This document shows positions 13,701 through 32,363 of a stretch of 64,000 bases of DNA, one piece after another (the stretch's first letter is position 1; every line of letters begins with the position of its first letter). This DNA is from Chrysomallon squamiferum (lineage: Eukaryota > Animalia > Mollusca). The stretch lies in assembly GCA_012295275.1 (NCBI GenBank), contig CM022670.1, forward strand, positions 15,252,001 through 15,316,000. The letters are read 5' to 3'. Position numbers and translations under genes: made by a program. Under the pieces are notes generated by a model. That model made no database searches. It worked only from the letters and a program-made list of their open reading frames with translations, and was not told where the DNA came from.

Positions 13701-15513
13701 TCCACATGACAGCACACACACATATATAGGCATACGTAAAACAGTTAAATGAATGAATTCTTCAAGCGATTATGTGAGAAATTATACAAGGTTATTCTTT
13801 ACTGCGATTCGTTTTAGATTTCTTTAGATAATATCCTAACAGCATAACAGAAACACAACAATCATATTAGCTGCTGATCTTTTGTTGTTATTGTTCTATT
13901 TTTTCAACAGCAATAACAACAATAACAATAACAATAAAATTATATTATTATAATAATAATAACAATAACAATAATAATAATAACAACAACAATACTACTA
14001 CTACTACTACTACTACTACTAATAATAATAATAATAATAGTTATAATTACAATTATAATTATAATGTCTTTTTATTTTTTTTTTTTTTTTTTATTTTTTT
14101 AAATAAATATTTTCAATAATTACACAATAATGAATAACTGACATGGAACTAATAATATCCGGAAGACTTCCCCTATTAATGATCAGCGCATTGCTTGTTA
14201 TCTCAGCGTCAAAGAAGCGTCCTTAGTGTTAAGAAAATAAATTTAAAAAATAACGGTGCCTTGCGTCACAGCGTAAAGTTACCTGTCTGAAACTGTTCTC
14301 TTCAGCTATCGTGTGATCGCATGACGACAGAATCATGCGTGTGTTAAGTTAAACTTGATTCTTATGCACAATACACGCCAGTAGTTATAGAATGCATTGT
14401 GTCTGAAATCCCGAATGGAGTCACATTTGTATGATAAATAATACACACGTAATGGTTTACACATATTTACATTGTGCGTCGTTCTGAAACTATCACAAAG
14501 TCATTATGCATGCTTGTGCGAATTTAAGTGCGTATGCACTTGCGTGTGTGTGTATTTAGTATGTACGTATGTGTTGTGTAAGTATGTATCTATGTGTTGT
14601 TAATATACGTATGTTTCGATGTATGAATGCATTATGTGTGTATATGTAGTTTAGGATTTTTATGTATGTATATGTATGCATATATGTATGTATGTATGTA
14701 TCTACCTATGTGCCTACGTATATATACATACAGTACACGTAAATAAGTATATACATAAATATATATATAAATACATACACATTCACATACGTACATACAG
14801 ATATACATATACATACGTATATTGTACAAACATACAGACATGCACACAAACATACACATGTATATATATAGACACACACACATATATATGCATACATACA
14901 TTAATGCATCTATCCATACAGTGATAATAATAATATAAAAAACGTATATGTACATACTAAATAAAGTACTGCTTTTATATTGTATATAATGTAAATATTC
15001 GTACGTTACATTTAAAACACGTTTTACGTTTAACGTTATACGACAGTGATTTACATATACGAACGTTCTTCACAGAGATCAAATAAATTATTGCTAGTTT
15101 CGTACTGAAATAAAATTGTAGCATTTTTTTTTAATTATTCTTTTTTTTAGCAGTATTTAAATGAATCCTATTATTAATAAAGTTGTGTCTTAATAAAATG
15201 CATAACTGAATTTAAAAGCAACCACAAAAAAAAAGTGACTAACCGGTAATAAAGCAATGCCTCTGTGTTAGTCCAACTACAGCTGTTAAGAAGAGAGAGA
15301 GACAGATGGTGGTTTGTATTCAGTCTGTATACGTCAGCCTTGCTTCGGGCCTCTGTTTAAATGGGAAAATACACGCCGAGCTCCAATTATAGCACTTGCT
15401 TCGGAACATACGATTCCCCTAGCTTTATTGAGGTCACAGCGCATGCTCCACAGTTTACGAACCAACAGCTGACTAAGTGTTTTGAATGACAAGCAAGAAA
15501 CGTAGGTAAAGAG

Positions 15514-15593
<80 letters not shown>

Positions 15594-16064
15594 TACGTCT
15601 TAATGAATTAACATTTAGCTGACATCTTTATCTTAATTCTTTATCTTCTTCTTATCATTATTTATTTTATTTTATTTTATTTTATTTTATTTTATTTTAT
15701 GTTATTTTATTTATTATTTATTTATTTAAAAAAAAAAAAAAAAAAAAAAAAAGAAGTAAAAATGAGAAGATTAAGATGTGAATGAAATTAATAATACAAC
15801 ATATTGTAATTTACCACGACACGGCAGTGCATGGGTCACGCTGAGTACTAATGGGTAATATAGTTTTGAGCAATAGCCTTGAGCCAGTGTGGAAGTTTTC
15901 ATCATTAAGCAGAAACGGGTCAACGGTGTATAGTTCTGTGATGGTTATAGTATATGCTGGTAGGGTGGAGAGAATTTTAAAAAATAATAATAACAATTTT
16001 TCACCTGGTTTTGTTGTTGCTCTTCTTTTTGGGGGGAAGAGAAGGAAAATATTTTCATGTTAGG

Positions 16065-16149
<85 letters not shown>

Positions 16150-16514
16150 TTTATTTATTTATTTACTTATTTATTTATTATATATAAGAGAAACCGCTGC
16201 TATTACTTCTACTATTATTAAACAAAACACTCGCTATCGGTTCTATTATACAAGCTATAATGCATTCAGGTACACAGACAAACAGCAGACACACAAATAC
16301 GCACGCACGCACACACATACATACTGACAACAGACATTCGCACACACGCACAAACACACACTAAGACACACTATTCCAGTGCTATGAACTGTAGGATAAC
16401 GAACTCTTATATCGCTGTTTTATAAAAAGTATAACGAGAACAGTTCGATAAGCATTTAACTGTTACTTCAGATAACGCTACAAGATATCTAATGATTTCA
16501 ACACGGTGGTATGC

Positions 16515-16548
<34 letters not shown>

Positions 16549-16775
16549 CTTCTAAAGAGCCGCGTTTGACAGCTTTATCGATTTGTAACTGGAAACCTAC
16601 AAAATATATGACATACTACGCGCGTTTACTTACCTTGTACTTTGGTTAAATAAAACAACTTTCTTTCAAAACGTCACCTGTTACAAGATATTTATCTCAT
16701 TTAGAAAGCTAGATAAATGTAAGCGATATATTTAGACAAGTCACTGCTATATTTGGCGACCAAAAGGAAAGTTTC

Positions 16776-16822
<47 letters not shown>

Positions 16823-17354
16823 AGTTTCTGTAATATAAGAATTTTTCTGTGTATATGAGCAGGTTTAATATGAAAATAGCTATTTAGTGTAGGAGTATTA
16901 ACTTGAAATGAAATTAATCAAATGTATGGTGTTGGAATAATAATTTTTCATGTTGGTACTTTCTCAAGACACGAACATAAATAATTTATTACATATAACA
17001 AGTTAAAACTTGTGTTAGGCTATATATTACAGAGTCGTTCGGGTTGAGGAATTATGTTACTGTTGAAATCTAAAGAATAATTTTATAATGTTTTAATAAC
17101 CTATACTGCAACTAATGTCAAAACTGATGTGTAAATTTTCAGTAGTCTTTTATAATTATTATTATTATTATTATTATTATTTTTTTTTTTTTTTTTTTTT
17201 TAATAATTTTGAGTTAAACCATTAGAAACTGTGCCAAATTGTGAAAAAAACAGACACTTTGGTTAAAAAGATTACAGTTTGTATTTAATTATGACGTTTG
17301 AACTATTAAACCATTCTTTTCATAACGTTCTTCTTCTTCTTCTTCTTCTTCTTC

Positions 17355-17395
<41 letters not shown>

Positions 17396-17491
17396 TTGTG
17401 TGGTTGTTGTTGTTCTTCTTCTTGTATTATGTAAATAATTACCTTACTTTTGGCTGGGAACTTTAGGGATATTTTTACCTGTCAGGACAGA

Positions 17492-17555
17492 TGACCTTTG
17501 ACCGTGGACTGCCCGGCAGTGTTCACCCCATTTGACGGTGTGGCAGTGACGTCAC
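17492..17555. promoter_or_regulatory. Putative enhancer motifs: DR1 (TGACCTtTGACCG, 17492-17504) and CRE palindrome GTGACGTCAC (17546-17555)
   Basis: Consensus matches inside a GC-richer island; no functional evidence. Confidence 0.35.
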
Positions 17556-17743
17556 AGGCCACATCGCGTTCTTTCTCTTCTGGACAGGACGTTACTTATT
17601 TCTAATTCACTCTTCTCTGTTAGTAATAATGTATAAGAAGTAAACAAATATTTAATACAACATAATAATATGACTTTATCAATAGAAAGATAATGTTAGA
17701 AATGTAATTTGGGCATGCCCCGTAAAGTACATATATAGAACCC

Positions 17744-17804
<61 letters not shown>

Positions 17805-17812
17805 TAGATAGA
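17744..17812. repeat. (GACA)n(GATA)n compound microsatellite
   Basis: Read directly. Confidence 0.9.
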
Positions 17813-19236
17813 TATTTCAGAAGCCGTAATATGATTTACAGTTTGTCTACTTAGTAATGTATGGTAGATATTTTAAATTAAACCCCAGCGTCTGTCTTCT
17901 TCTGTTTCTTTATCACAGTCGTCTGACATTCCTTGTAACGTGTGCCACCCAGAAGTCTACAAGGTTCACCTGCCTCTCTTTGAATGTTAATGAAGTAAAC
18001 CGAAGTCTGGACGACGCCGGTTATGGTGTTTTTATCATTTCATTATTTTATTGTACTTGGCTCTCATTTAATTTAAATTAGCCGCTGATTAATGATCAGT
18101 TGTTTAGCTATCGTCATGGCATGTGTGAGTGTGCGTCTGTGTCAAACACTGGATATTTTCTGCAAACAGTGTAAGTAGGCCGCAGAGTATGCTGTTCTCT
18201 TTATGAAATGTTATATGATTACTGGGTATATTTTCAAGTAGATTTTGATAACTTCTCTTCTTTTCTTAAGGGTTTGGCTTCAGCTTATAATAAAGAAATA
18301 AAAAACTTGTTTCAACCCACACAGTTTGCGATAACTGTTTGCTGTACCAAACATACGTTATTCATTACGTTATGAAACATATGCTCGAAATTACTTTTTT
18401 TAATTTTTTTTTTTTTTTTTACCTCAGATAAAACAGTAATTAATATTCGAAAATCTAACATGTATTCCATACCGATGGAGACATATCTGTAATTTATACC
18501 TGATAAATGACACAGACAGGTATAAGACTTTAAAAGCGTTTGCATTCAGTTACGGTTTTTTATTATTATTAAATGTAAGCAGAATTTAATTATTTGTCTA
18601 GCAGCCGACTTGATGTCAGTGGTTTAAACAGCTGGTTCGCGGAATGAATAAAGAAGACACTGTGGGGTTTTTTTCTCTGTGTATGGGTTTGTTTATGGGT
18701 TCCTATACTAGTATAATCGGCTATTCATCTGTTTCTCGCTCTTATTCTCTCTCTCTCTCTCTCACGCTTTTTCCTCGTGTTCCTCTTTCTTTCTCCCTCA
18801 CGCTCTGTTTTTTTTTCCTTCTGTCTATATATCCATCCTTCCGTCCATCCATCCATCTATCTGTCCTTCAGTCTGTATCATCACTATATATCGTGGACTA
18901 AACCAAAGCATTCAACCAGAGACATCATTACGTCTCCGCAACAGTTCAGTTCACGCTGCTGTTTTGTGTTCGCCGAGTCCAACTCTGGGTGTAATAGACT
19001 GAATGTCAACGGCTTCAAGGATTTCGCGATCCGTGACATTAGCAAGTCTTTTGTTATCAGTATCTATCTATCATCGAAACGTCTCAATACCGCTCCGGTT
19101 TTTTTTGTGTTTTTTTAAGAAATTTTATTTGAAAGAAACGGACAATGGAGGTTAGATGATATTCGAAACCACAGTCACGTTATTCTTGTCTGTGAAAACA
19201 CATCAGTTGTAGTGAATCAGACTGATGATTGTGTAA

Positions 19237-19271
<35 letters not shown>

Positions 19272-19404
19272 TTTTTTTTTTCTCTTCTTTTTCGTCAGCT
19301 TAGTACGTATTCAGTATTCTAATGTTCCTTTTAAGAAGACAGAAACTATTGACTGAAATAGGTTTTAGTTTGCTCGCACAACATCAACGATATTATATAT
19401 ATAA

Positions 19405-19450
<46 letters not shown>

Positions 19451-19925
19451 GCGGTAAAGAAGAAACACACATAAATTCAAAACAGAAACAGAAACAGAAA
19501 ATATGTATCATGAAAGAGCGTTTTGGAATTTTCAACAGAAAAACTCGAGTAATGAAAATGTTTTGTCTCTCTGAATAATTGTTATAACTTTTCAATTTAT
19601 TTTAAAAATAAGTATTTCTTGTTTACTTGTTTTTGTTGTTTATTGTTTAACAATAGTATATGTTTCATTCAGTGAGATTTCTGTTTGAAGAAATTACTAA
19701 ACAAAGAATTAATAAAGTCATTTATTTGCTACTGTTTCAACAATGGTGAAACTGTACATGCACAATTTTTTATTATTATTATTTTTATTTTTTTTAAGTG
19801 CTTTGATAAAAGGAAACTGAAAATGCCGCGCCTCTGGGCTGATAAGGGACATAATCCCCCAAAAGAGCAGTAAACTAATGATTTTTTAAAGCCAGTTATT
19901 TCCCTTGAACTATTCTATTAAATCT

Positions 19926-19996
<71 letters not shown>

Positions 19997-20222
19997 AAAA
20001 AACCCCAAAACCCCAAAAAACAAAACAACAACTAGAAGTATTTAATACTTGATTGTACATTCAGAAAATCATAAACACTTTTCCGTTGTTTTGAAATTTA
20101 AAGAAATGACAATATTACACAGTTAAATTAATATAAGTATTATATTCATTTTCAGGATAAATGTTCTAATACATATGTTCTTGTTTTGTCCATTTCGTAC
20201 ATACTCATATACGTGTTTGTGC

Positions 20223-20279
<57 letters not shown>

Positions 20280-20376
20280 TACCTGTACTTTTACATTGGT
20301 ATTTGAACGGGCTAGTGTATCTGTATTCCTGTAAAACTGACAGCCATGTCCAAAGCCATTCAGAGATTTGTGCTTC

Positions 20377-21197
20377 TCAGCTGAGCAATGCCAGGGTTGT
20401 TATCATGAAGAGAATAACAAATACAACAAATAACAGTCGATCAGTAACCAGCGCTATCTCGTGCCACTCACTGTCCGTGTAGCGTCGTCCTTGTTCCGCG
20501 GAATACTTTCCTACGAGCATGCGCAGATTCTTCGACACTTCCTTCAAGTCGCCTTCGGCCTCCTTGAGCGAAGACGAGTCCGATTCATGTTCGTGAAATT
20601 CCGTCGTGTTTTTCATGGAGGCAAATGGAGTGGTTTGGTCAATTTGTGAGTAGGAATCCATGCAAAGCCATCTCCGCAAACCACATCTGCCAAGAAAAAT
20701 CTAAAAACAAGAAACAAAGTGTAAGACATGAAAATTAACTTAATATTTAACCCAACGAAGAGTGATATTATATCATTCTTTGCTGACCTACATATTAGTT
20801 AGATTATTAAAATAAGGCTCACTATAGGTTATAGAAAAAACAAAAAACAAACAGAAAGCAAAATATAGAGAAAGATAGATACTGATATAGAGATAAATTA
20901 ATTAAAACGATAACGTAAGAAGAACAATATCAACAAATGAATAACAATGAAAATGCTAAAATATATTATCACTGCATCTGATTATAAATCATTTACAAAT
21001 GTTTATTGTTGTTGTTGTTTATTATTATTATTTACTATTTATTTATTTATTTGTTTATTATCCTTTTACTTAGGTTTCGATATTTTAGTTTAGTCTTAGT
21101 TATTATTATTATTATTATTATTTTTTTTTTTTTTTTTTTTGTCTTTTATTTATTTATTTAGTTAGTTTTGTTTTTTAAAGAGATTTTCTTCTTTTTC

Positions 21198-21228
<31 letters not shown>

Positions 21229-21562
21229 TTATTTTCTCGCTTGCTTATCGCTATTTACATTTTATGTATTATTACAATCAAAAACGCACAGCTGCCTTCA
21301 AAACACAGAATTAATGTAAGGACAGGTAGGTGTACATGTCACTTTTATATCCCTGTGATATACGACGTGTAACTACTACCTGTCTCAAAATGCTGACAGT
21401 ATAAAAATTTAAAACATACAGCGCTCAGCCAGTCAGGGATTCGTTTTCTACGTCCACGTCTTGCTGTTGACGTCACAACGGCCGCCATTATGATACTAAT
21501 GCTAGTCAGTGCCATTGTTGTTATGTAGAACATTGCTGAAATCAAATAACAGATTATCTTTA

Positions 21563-21601
<39 letters not shown>

Positions 21602-21604
21602 ATC

Positions 21605-21643
<39 letters not shown>

Positions 21644-21795
21644 GAAATATAATAATAATTTTCTACTCCGATTATAAAAAATCAAATACAAAGGCACGAA
21701 CATCGTTACAGGCGACGGACAATAATGATCATAACAAAAGTACAAACGAAGACGAAGATCATCACCACGACAACCACAACATCAACACTATTACA

Positions 21796-21831
<36 letters not shown>

Positions 21832-23957
21832 GTGATGGTGGCTGTAGTAGTAGTAGTAGTGGTAGTAACAGTAACATACACCCGACACCACTGAATGAGG
21901 GTTTAGAAATTGTAGTCTAGCTATACTATTAAAAACGAATGAATGTTTAACCACACTCTGGCACTACCAGCAGATGGGCTGTTGCTTGGTCAATTAAAAG
22001 TCATCCGAGGTACACTGCTTAGACTGCCAATGGAAGAAGAAGAAAAAAAATTAAAGCATAGTATTTACCAATTCTTGGAGCCGAAGATCGATTTGATCCC
22101 AAGACATCAACAAACATCTTCAGACAAACTGACAGAGTAATAAGCGAACAGGCTCCTGAAAATATTAAACAACAGAAATAGCAATATCCAAACACATTTT
22201 AACAATTTCAGCTAACCTCATCACGGATAGTATAACCATATTTGAAAAAAAAAATATATATATATATCCCCTCCTCTGAATAACAAATACTTTTGTGCAA
22301 TAAATAAAATGCATTAACTAATTGTTTGTTAATTATTTTATCTCCGACCCATGTTTATTGCACGACAATTAAAACTGATTAAAATTATTTAAATCACTGT
22401 AAAACCAAACCTAGAGTTGTTTTGGCGCTTGTGTCTGATGGCAACAAGAAAACAACAGGAACCAGCAGCCCAACGAGTACAGCGGGTCCGGTGACCACGC
22501 AGTGGTAGAAGTGCGTCTTTCGCTGAAGTTCCACGCTGACTGAGACGTACTCGATGATCTCAGGGTGCACGACGCGGCCTACTTCTCCGTCAACGTTCTG
22601 CGACACGAGCTCCCACACGCTCGACACCAAAGTCGTACGAGTATCCTTGACGTGGTGCTTTCCAGAGTTCAGAAACTGAATGTGTATTTGCTGAGACGTG
22701 AAGCTTCCCGTCGCCAGTAGAACCTTACACAGGTGAGAGTCGAAAGGAAAATCAGAGATGTCCATGGGACAGTGACTCTTGATCTTGAGATGGGAAGCCC
22801 AGGCTACTGATCCGTCGTATCTGACTCTAGCAGGCTCTTCTGAAATACGTTCAAATTTCCCGTACTGCCTGGAAAAAGTAAATATCGTTAGTAACAACGT
22901 GCTTCAGTAGTATGGTTTAAGCTGTATTGTTATATTCATCTGATGTTAATATCGGTAGCCTGTAAAATAAAAGTAGAATACAGCACAAATATTAAATTTA
23001 GTGACTGTTGCTACTGGCGTATTTATAAAGATTTGTCTGTAAGTTTAAGATTCGGTGACAGTTACTACTATACAGATTTGTCTGTAATTTTAAAGACTAG
23101 AATAAGATTATTACTTACGTATGCAGTAGTTTTAGGTCAGGGGTCCACATTTCCGATGATGGTAACATTACAGTTTGTAATCCGCCGTACTCAGTAACAT
23201 TCCATTCCAAACGTGGATCATTCCAAAACTGAAACAAATAGAATCATCGTCATCATTTGTCGGGTTCTGTATAAAAGTCCTGAATGAGTCCATCGTTTTT
23301 GTTTTGATAGCTGACTGAATAGGTGAATGGAAAGTATTGCTCCGTTAAATGAAAAAAAAAAAAAATAATAATAATAAAAAAAATAAAAATAAAAAATATA
23401 CTCACTGTAACAAGTAAAATAGTTGACGACAGTTCTTGTGTATTTTCATCCTATAAATAAATAAGAAAATACATAAGTTAGTAAATGAATAAATCAATTA
23501 ATTAATTAGTATCAAACAATATATCTCTATCTCTCTGTCTGTCTGTCTATCTGAGTATCAATAAATCTATCTATTTATCGATCAATCGATCAATTTATCT
23601 TTCTTTATTTCTCTGTTTATCTCCAAATCTATCTCTCCCTCTGTCTTTATATCTATCTATTTACCATCAATCTATCTATCTATCAATTTGTTTGTTTGTT
23701 TGTTTGTTCGTTCGTTCGTTCGTTTATTTGTTTCTGGATCCATGATCGTAGTTGTTGTGGTGCTGGGTGTTGGAGTGACGTCTTACCAAACCCTGAACGC
23801 TGGTCAGAGTAACATCAACAGTAACAACCAGAGTATCATTGATCCCCGATGCAGGCCTGACGTGTTTGACGTACTGGTGGTCGTTGAGGATGTGGAAATA
23901 TATATGAGATTCATTGTCGACTTCGTGTAGCACGTCCTTCACATGACCTTTGAAATA

Positions 23958-24010
<53 letters not shown>

Positions 24011-25102
24011 TTAAAATTAGTTTTGTTAAAATCAATGATATAGATCAGTAAATTACATTTATGTTACTGGGAAAAATAAAAAGTATTCTAAAATGTGTCT
24101 CTAAGAATCCTTCTTACAAAAAAATAGTTTAGCAACTCACAAAATAAAATAAAATAAATAAACAAAAATGGGAAGAGATAAATAAATAATCAATATGAAC
24201 AGTGAAAGATTATAATTATCTCTTTCGTTGTGGAATATTAATTATCTACGTCTTATTAAAATTAAACTTTATGCAAATTAGGGTAGGTTTTTCGCTTCAA
24301 AAGTTAGCTTTGTTTTAACAGTGAATCGTTTGTAAACATTGCTGTGCCGAGAAGAAGCAAATATGCAGAGTGCTGCAAATTTAAAAAATGACTGAGTTCA
24401 CGTTTGACATTTTCAACGTAACCAGTGTTGCAAAATCTTGAATATATTTGCTTTAACGTTCTATATTCTGTATGACTTTTAATGAAGGTAAATAATTATA
24501 TTCCTGCAGCAAAATGAATGGATTTTAAGTTGTGTGTGTTTTTTTTTCTTTTCTTTTTCTGCTTTTATTTTAATTCGAAGTCTGTAATAAACAATGTGTT
24601 TTATTCATTTATTTATATATTTTTTATTTTATTTTAAAGTTAACTTAGGAATATACTAAATATTTATTAATTTACTTACTTCATAATTTCTTCTTTGTTT
24701 GCTTAACTAATGCACAACTGATAAATGAAGCAACAATAACTGATCAAAGTAAGTGTTAGCTAATCACAGATATCTTATTTTACACTGCATATTAATAATT
24801 TTATTTATTTACTTAATATCATCATCATCACCACCATTACTATCGTTTTGTTTCCGTATGGGTCACTAGCTAACAGATGAATATATGTTTTAGTACTTCC
24901 GAACTTTTAAAATAATAATTATGCATCTATGTAATGACTGATTATTAAAATGCAAACATAAAGTATAAAAATAAATTAATATAAAATTAAATAAATATAA
25001 AATGAATTAAATATATTAAAAATACAGAAGCTACCAACCTCGAACAACGTTAGAATTGAGAAGCCAGACATAAATCACAATAACAAGATAAAAAGCGTCC
25101 AT
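20377..25102 (-). CDS. Divergent non-alpha nicotinic acetylcholine receptor-like (Cys-loop ligand-gated ion channel) subunit, 454 aa
   Basis: Manual model complement(join 25039-25102, 23787-23947, 23406-23450, 23119-23228, 22411-22868, 22069-22155, 21420-21535, 20377-20700). All introns GT-AG, phases consistent, 1365 nt. Signal peptide MDAFYLVIVIYVWLLNSNVVRG; VRP motif; DENTQEL; WNDPRLEWNVTEYGG...WTPDL; Cys-loop CPMDISDFPFDSHLC (C-x13-C); M1 ...LLVPVVFLLP; M2 KTTLGACSLITLSVCL; M3 MFYITTMALTSISIIMAAVV; M4 EWHEIALVTDRLLFVVF. The 45-nt and 110-nt exons are typical nAChR exon sizes. No vicinal Cys in loop C. Confidence 0.92.
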
Positions 25103-25723
25103 GCTGTAGTTCACCTCAAAACTCAGAAATGAGAACAGCCACGCCGTCAACGTCGTGATGGGTCGCACACAGTACGTGAACGTAGCGGATGTTTGTGAAA
25201 CAAACACGACGTCAAACAACAAACAATTTTTTGTTTACCTCTTCTTGCTGAAAAGAGTTCGTTCCACGTTCTTAGTACGAATGAAAATTCCCCTTTATCC
25301 CTGCAGTGTCCTTTCTTTCTTTTCTTTTTTCTTTTTTTTTTTCTTCTTTATCTTTTACCTTTTCCTCCCCTACTCTAAATTCCAATTACGTTCTGCGACA
25401 GTGAAAACTCCTATAAAATTAGTTTTTCTTTTCTACTCTTTATATGATTCTGTTTCCTTGCTGAGGGCTACTATTCTTCTTTATTTCCTTTTTATGGCTT
25501 TTAAACCAATGCTTGCAGACAAAGTTTCTTTTTTAAAACAATAAATAATATATTATGAAAATAATTAACCAAACAAAGAGTTGCGTATCTGATTTATTGT
25601 CCCTTGTGCTGACATATGCAAAAAGACAGACACACACACAGACGTAAATGCATGCATAAAACATGATGTGGTTATAAAGTTGTCGTACAGTCTTTTATCT
25701 TTCTTCTTCATCATCTTCTTCTT

Positions 25724-25783
<60 letters not shown>

Positions 25784-25941
25784 GTTGTTGTTGTTGTTGT
25801 CGTCATTGCTGTTGTTGTTTATTTTTCTTTCTGATATATATACCTGCTCCATCATTTGCATATAACTTTTTGTGTGGATTTGAAACGCTGTGAACGTCCT
25901 TTTTTCTACATCATGGACAATAATATTATAGTTCAATTTTA

Positions 25942-25988
<47 letters not shown>

Positions 25989-27244
25989 TTATAATACCGA
26001 CTTATGCAAACTAAAATTAGAATAATAAGTATTTATAAGTACAACAATCTGCCATTCAGTTAGCTTAATCATATTAACTCAAATATTCCAGTCGAACTTG
26101 TTGCAAGAGTTAAGCTAAAAAAAAGCAATTACACGTTGTGTCGTGGATCATAATAACATTTTATATCTTTCTTAAACTACTATACTATATATATATATAT
26201 TATCAATTTATTTAATTTAAATGCATCCTTAAGCCAAGTTTATTTACAATTTTATATAATTTAAATCTTGCATCAGACAAGACTGGTTTATTTGGTTACT
26301 ACGAGAAAAATGGTTTAAAACAGCTTTTCAAAGCTACTGTGAACCAGTTGATTATTGATGGCCGCGTGCATGTAGTGGGTAAACATTTGGCCATATTTTT
26401 CACAGATTTTACTAAAAAATAGTTGGTTAGCACCACATTAGTTATATAGTCCCTAATTTAGTAACATCTAAATATGTTTTGGGGTATTCTCTCATTATTT
26501 TTAATTACAAAAAGTAAAAACTGATTTAATTTCCCAAATATATCGCTGTTTTTTCTAGTCTAGTAACAGGAAGAAACTGAAATATGAACGTATTTTTGTT
26601 TCAGCTAATGGGCAGTTTTTAACACATTCTTTCTTGCTGAAAAATAATAATCTAAAAAAAATCAAATGAAACTTACTTCTAATAATAAATTATAAAGTAA
26701 TGAACAACAAAACGGTTATATAACTTTTCAGTACATCATTACATGTTCTTAGTTTGATTAAAACTTTGTGTTTTCAGTAATTATTTAAGCCAGAATCCAA
26801 AACAGATATATACTTATGTTGAATATTGCTGATTAAAAAATATTTGAATGGTGGCTAAGAAAATTTACAAGATCCAACATAATATTATATACACCCAACT
26901 ACTTTTATTTGTAATTTAATTTTATGTTTTAATTAATTTAGTTACGATGTATATAAAATATTCCTTATAGGAAGACCAGTTCAAAAAATTTATTTTAAAA
27001 ATATAATTCATGGATTTCTATTCTTCTAGCTTCATGAACTGTGTTCTGCTAACTTGCATAAAATTAGTGAATTATTGATTGTTCTGTGATGAATTCAACT
27101 CTAGGCTGATGAAATGATTGTGCAATGTTTAATAGTTTGTTTTGAATGTATCTAAGACTGATATACTGTACAAGTTAATGCTGCTGCAAACCCTGAGCAT
27201 TTATAGTAATGAACTGATTTTTGCTGTTACTCCAGTAGCTTTAC

Positions 27245-27300
<56 letters not shown>

Positions 27301-27453
27301 TCAGTTTGTTAAAGAAATAGATTAGATATTTTGAATATATATAAACACACAGTTCAGTTCTTCTTTGTAATGTTCTGTTATTTAAATATGAATTGTTTTC
27401 TTGTGTTTTAATTTTTTTTCTGTGTTTGATTTGCAGCCAAAGATATTAAGTAG

Positions 27454-32363
<4,910 letters not shown>

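Noticed and set aside
21706-21954. Minus-strand ORF as the receptor M2 exon
   Set aside because: No TM character; the phase-compatible M2 exon is 22069-22155.
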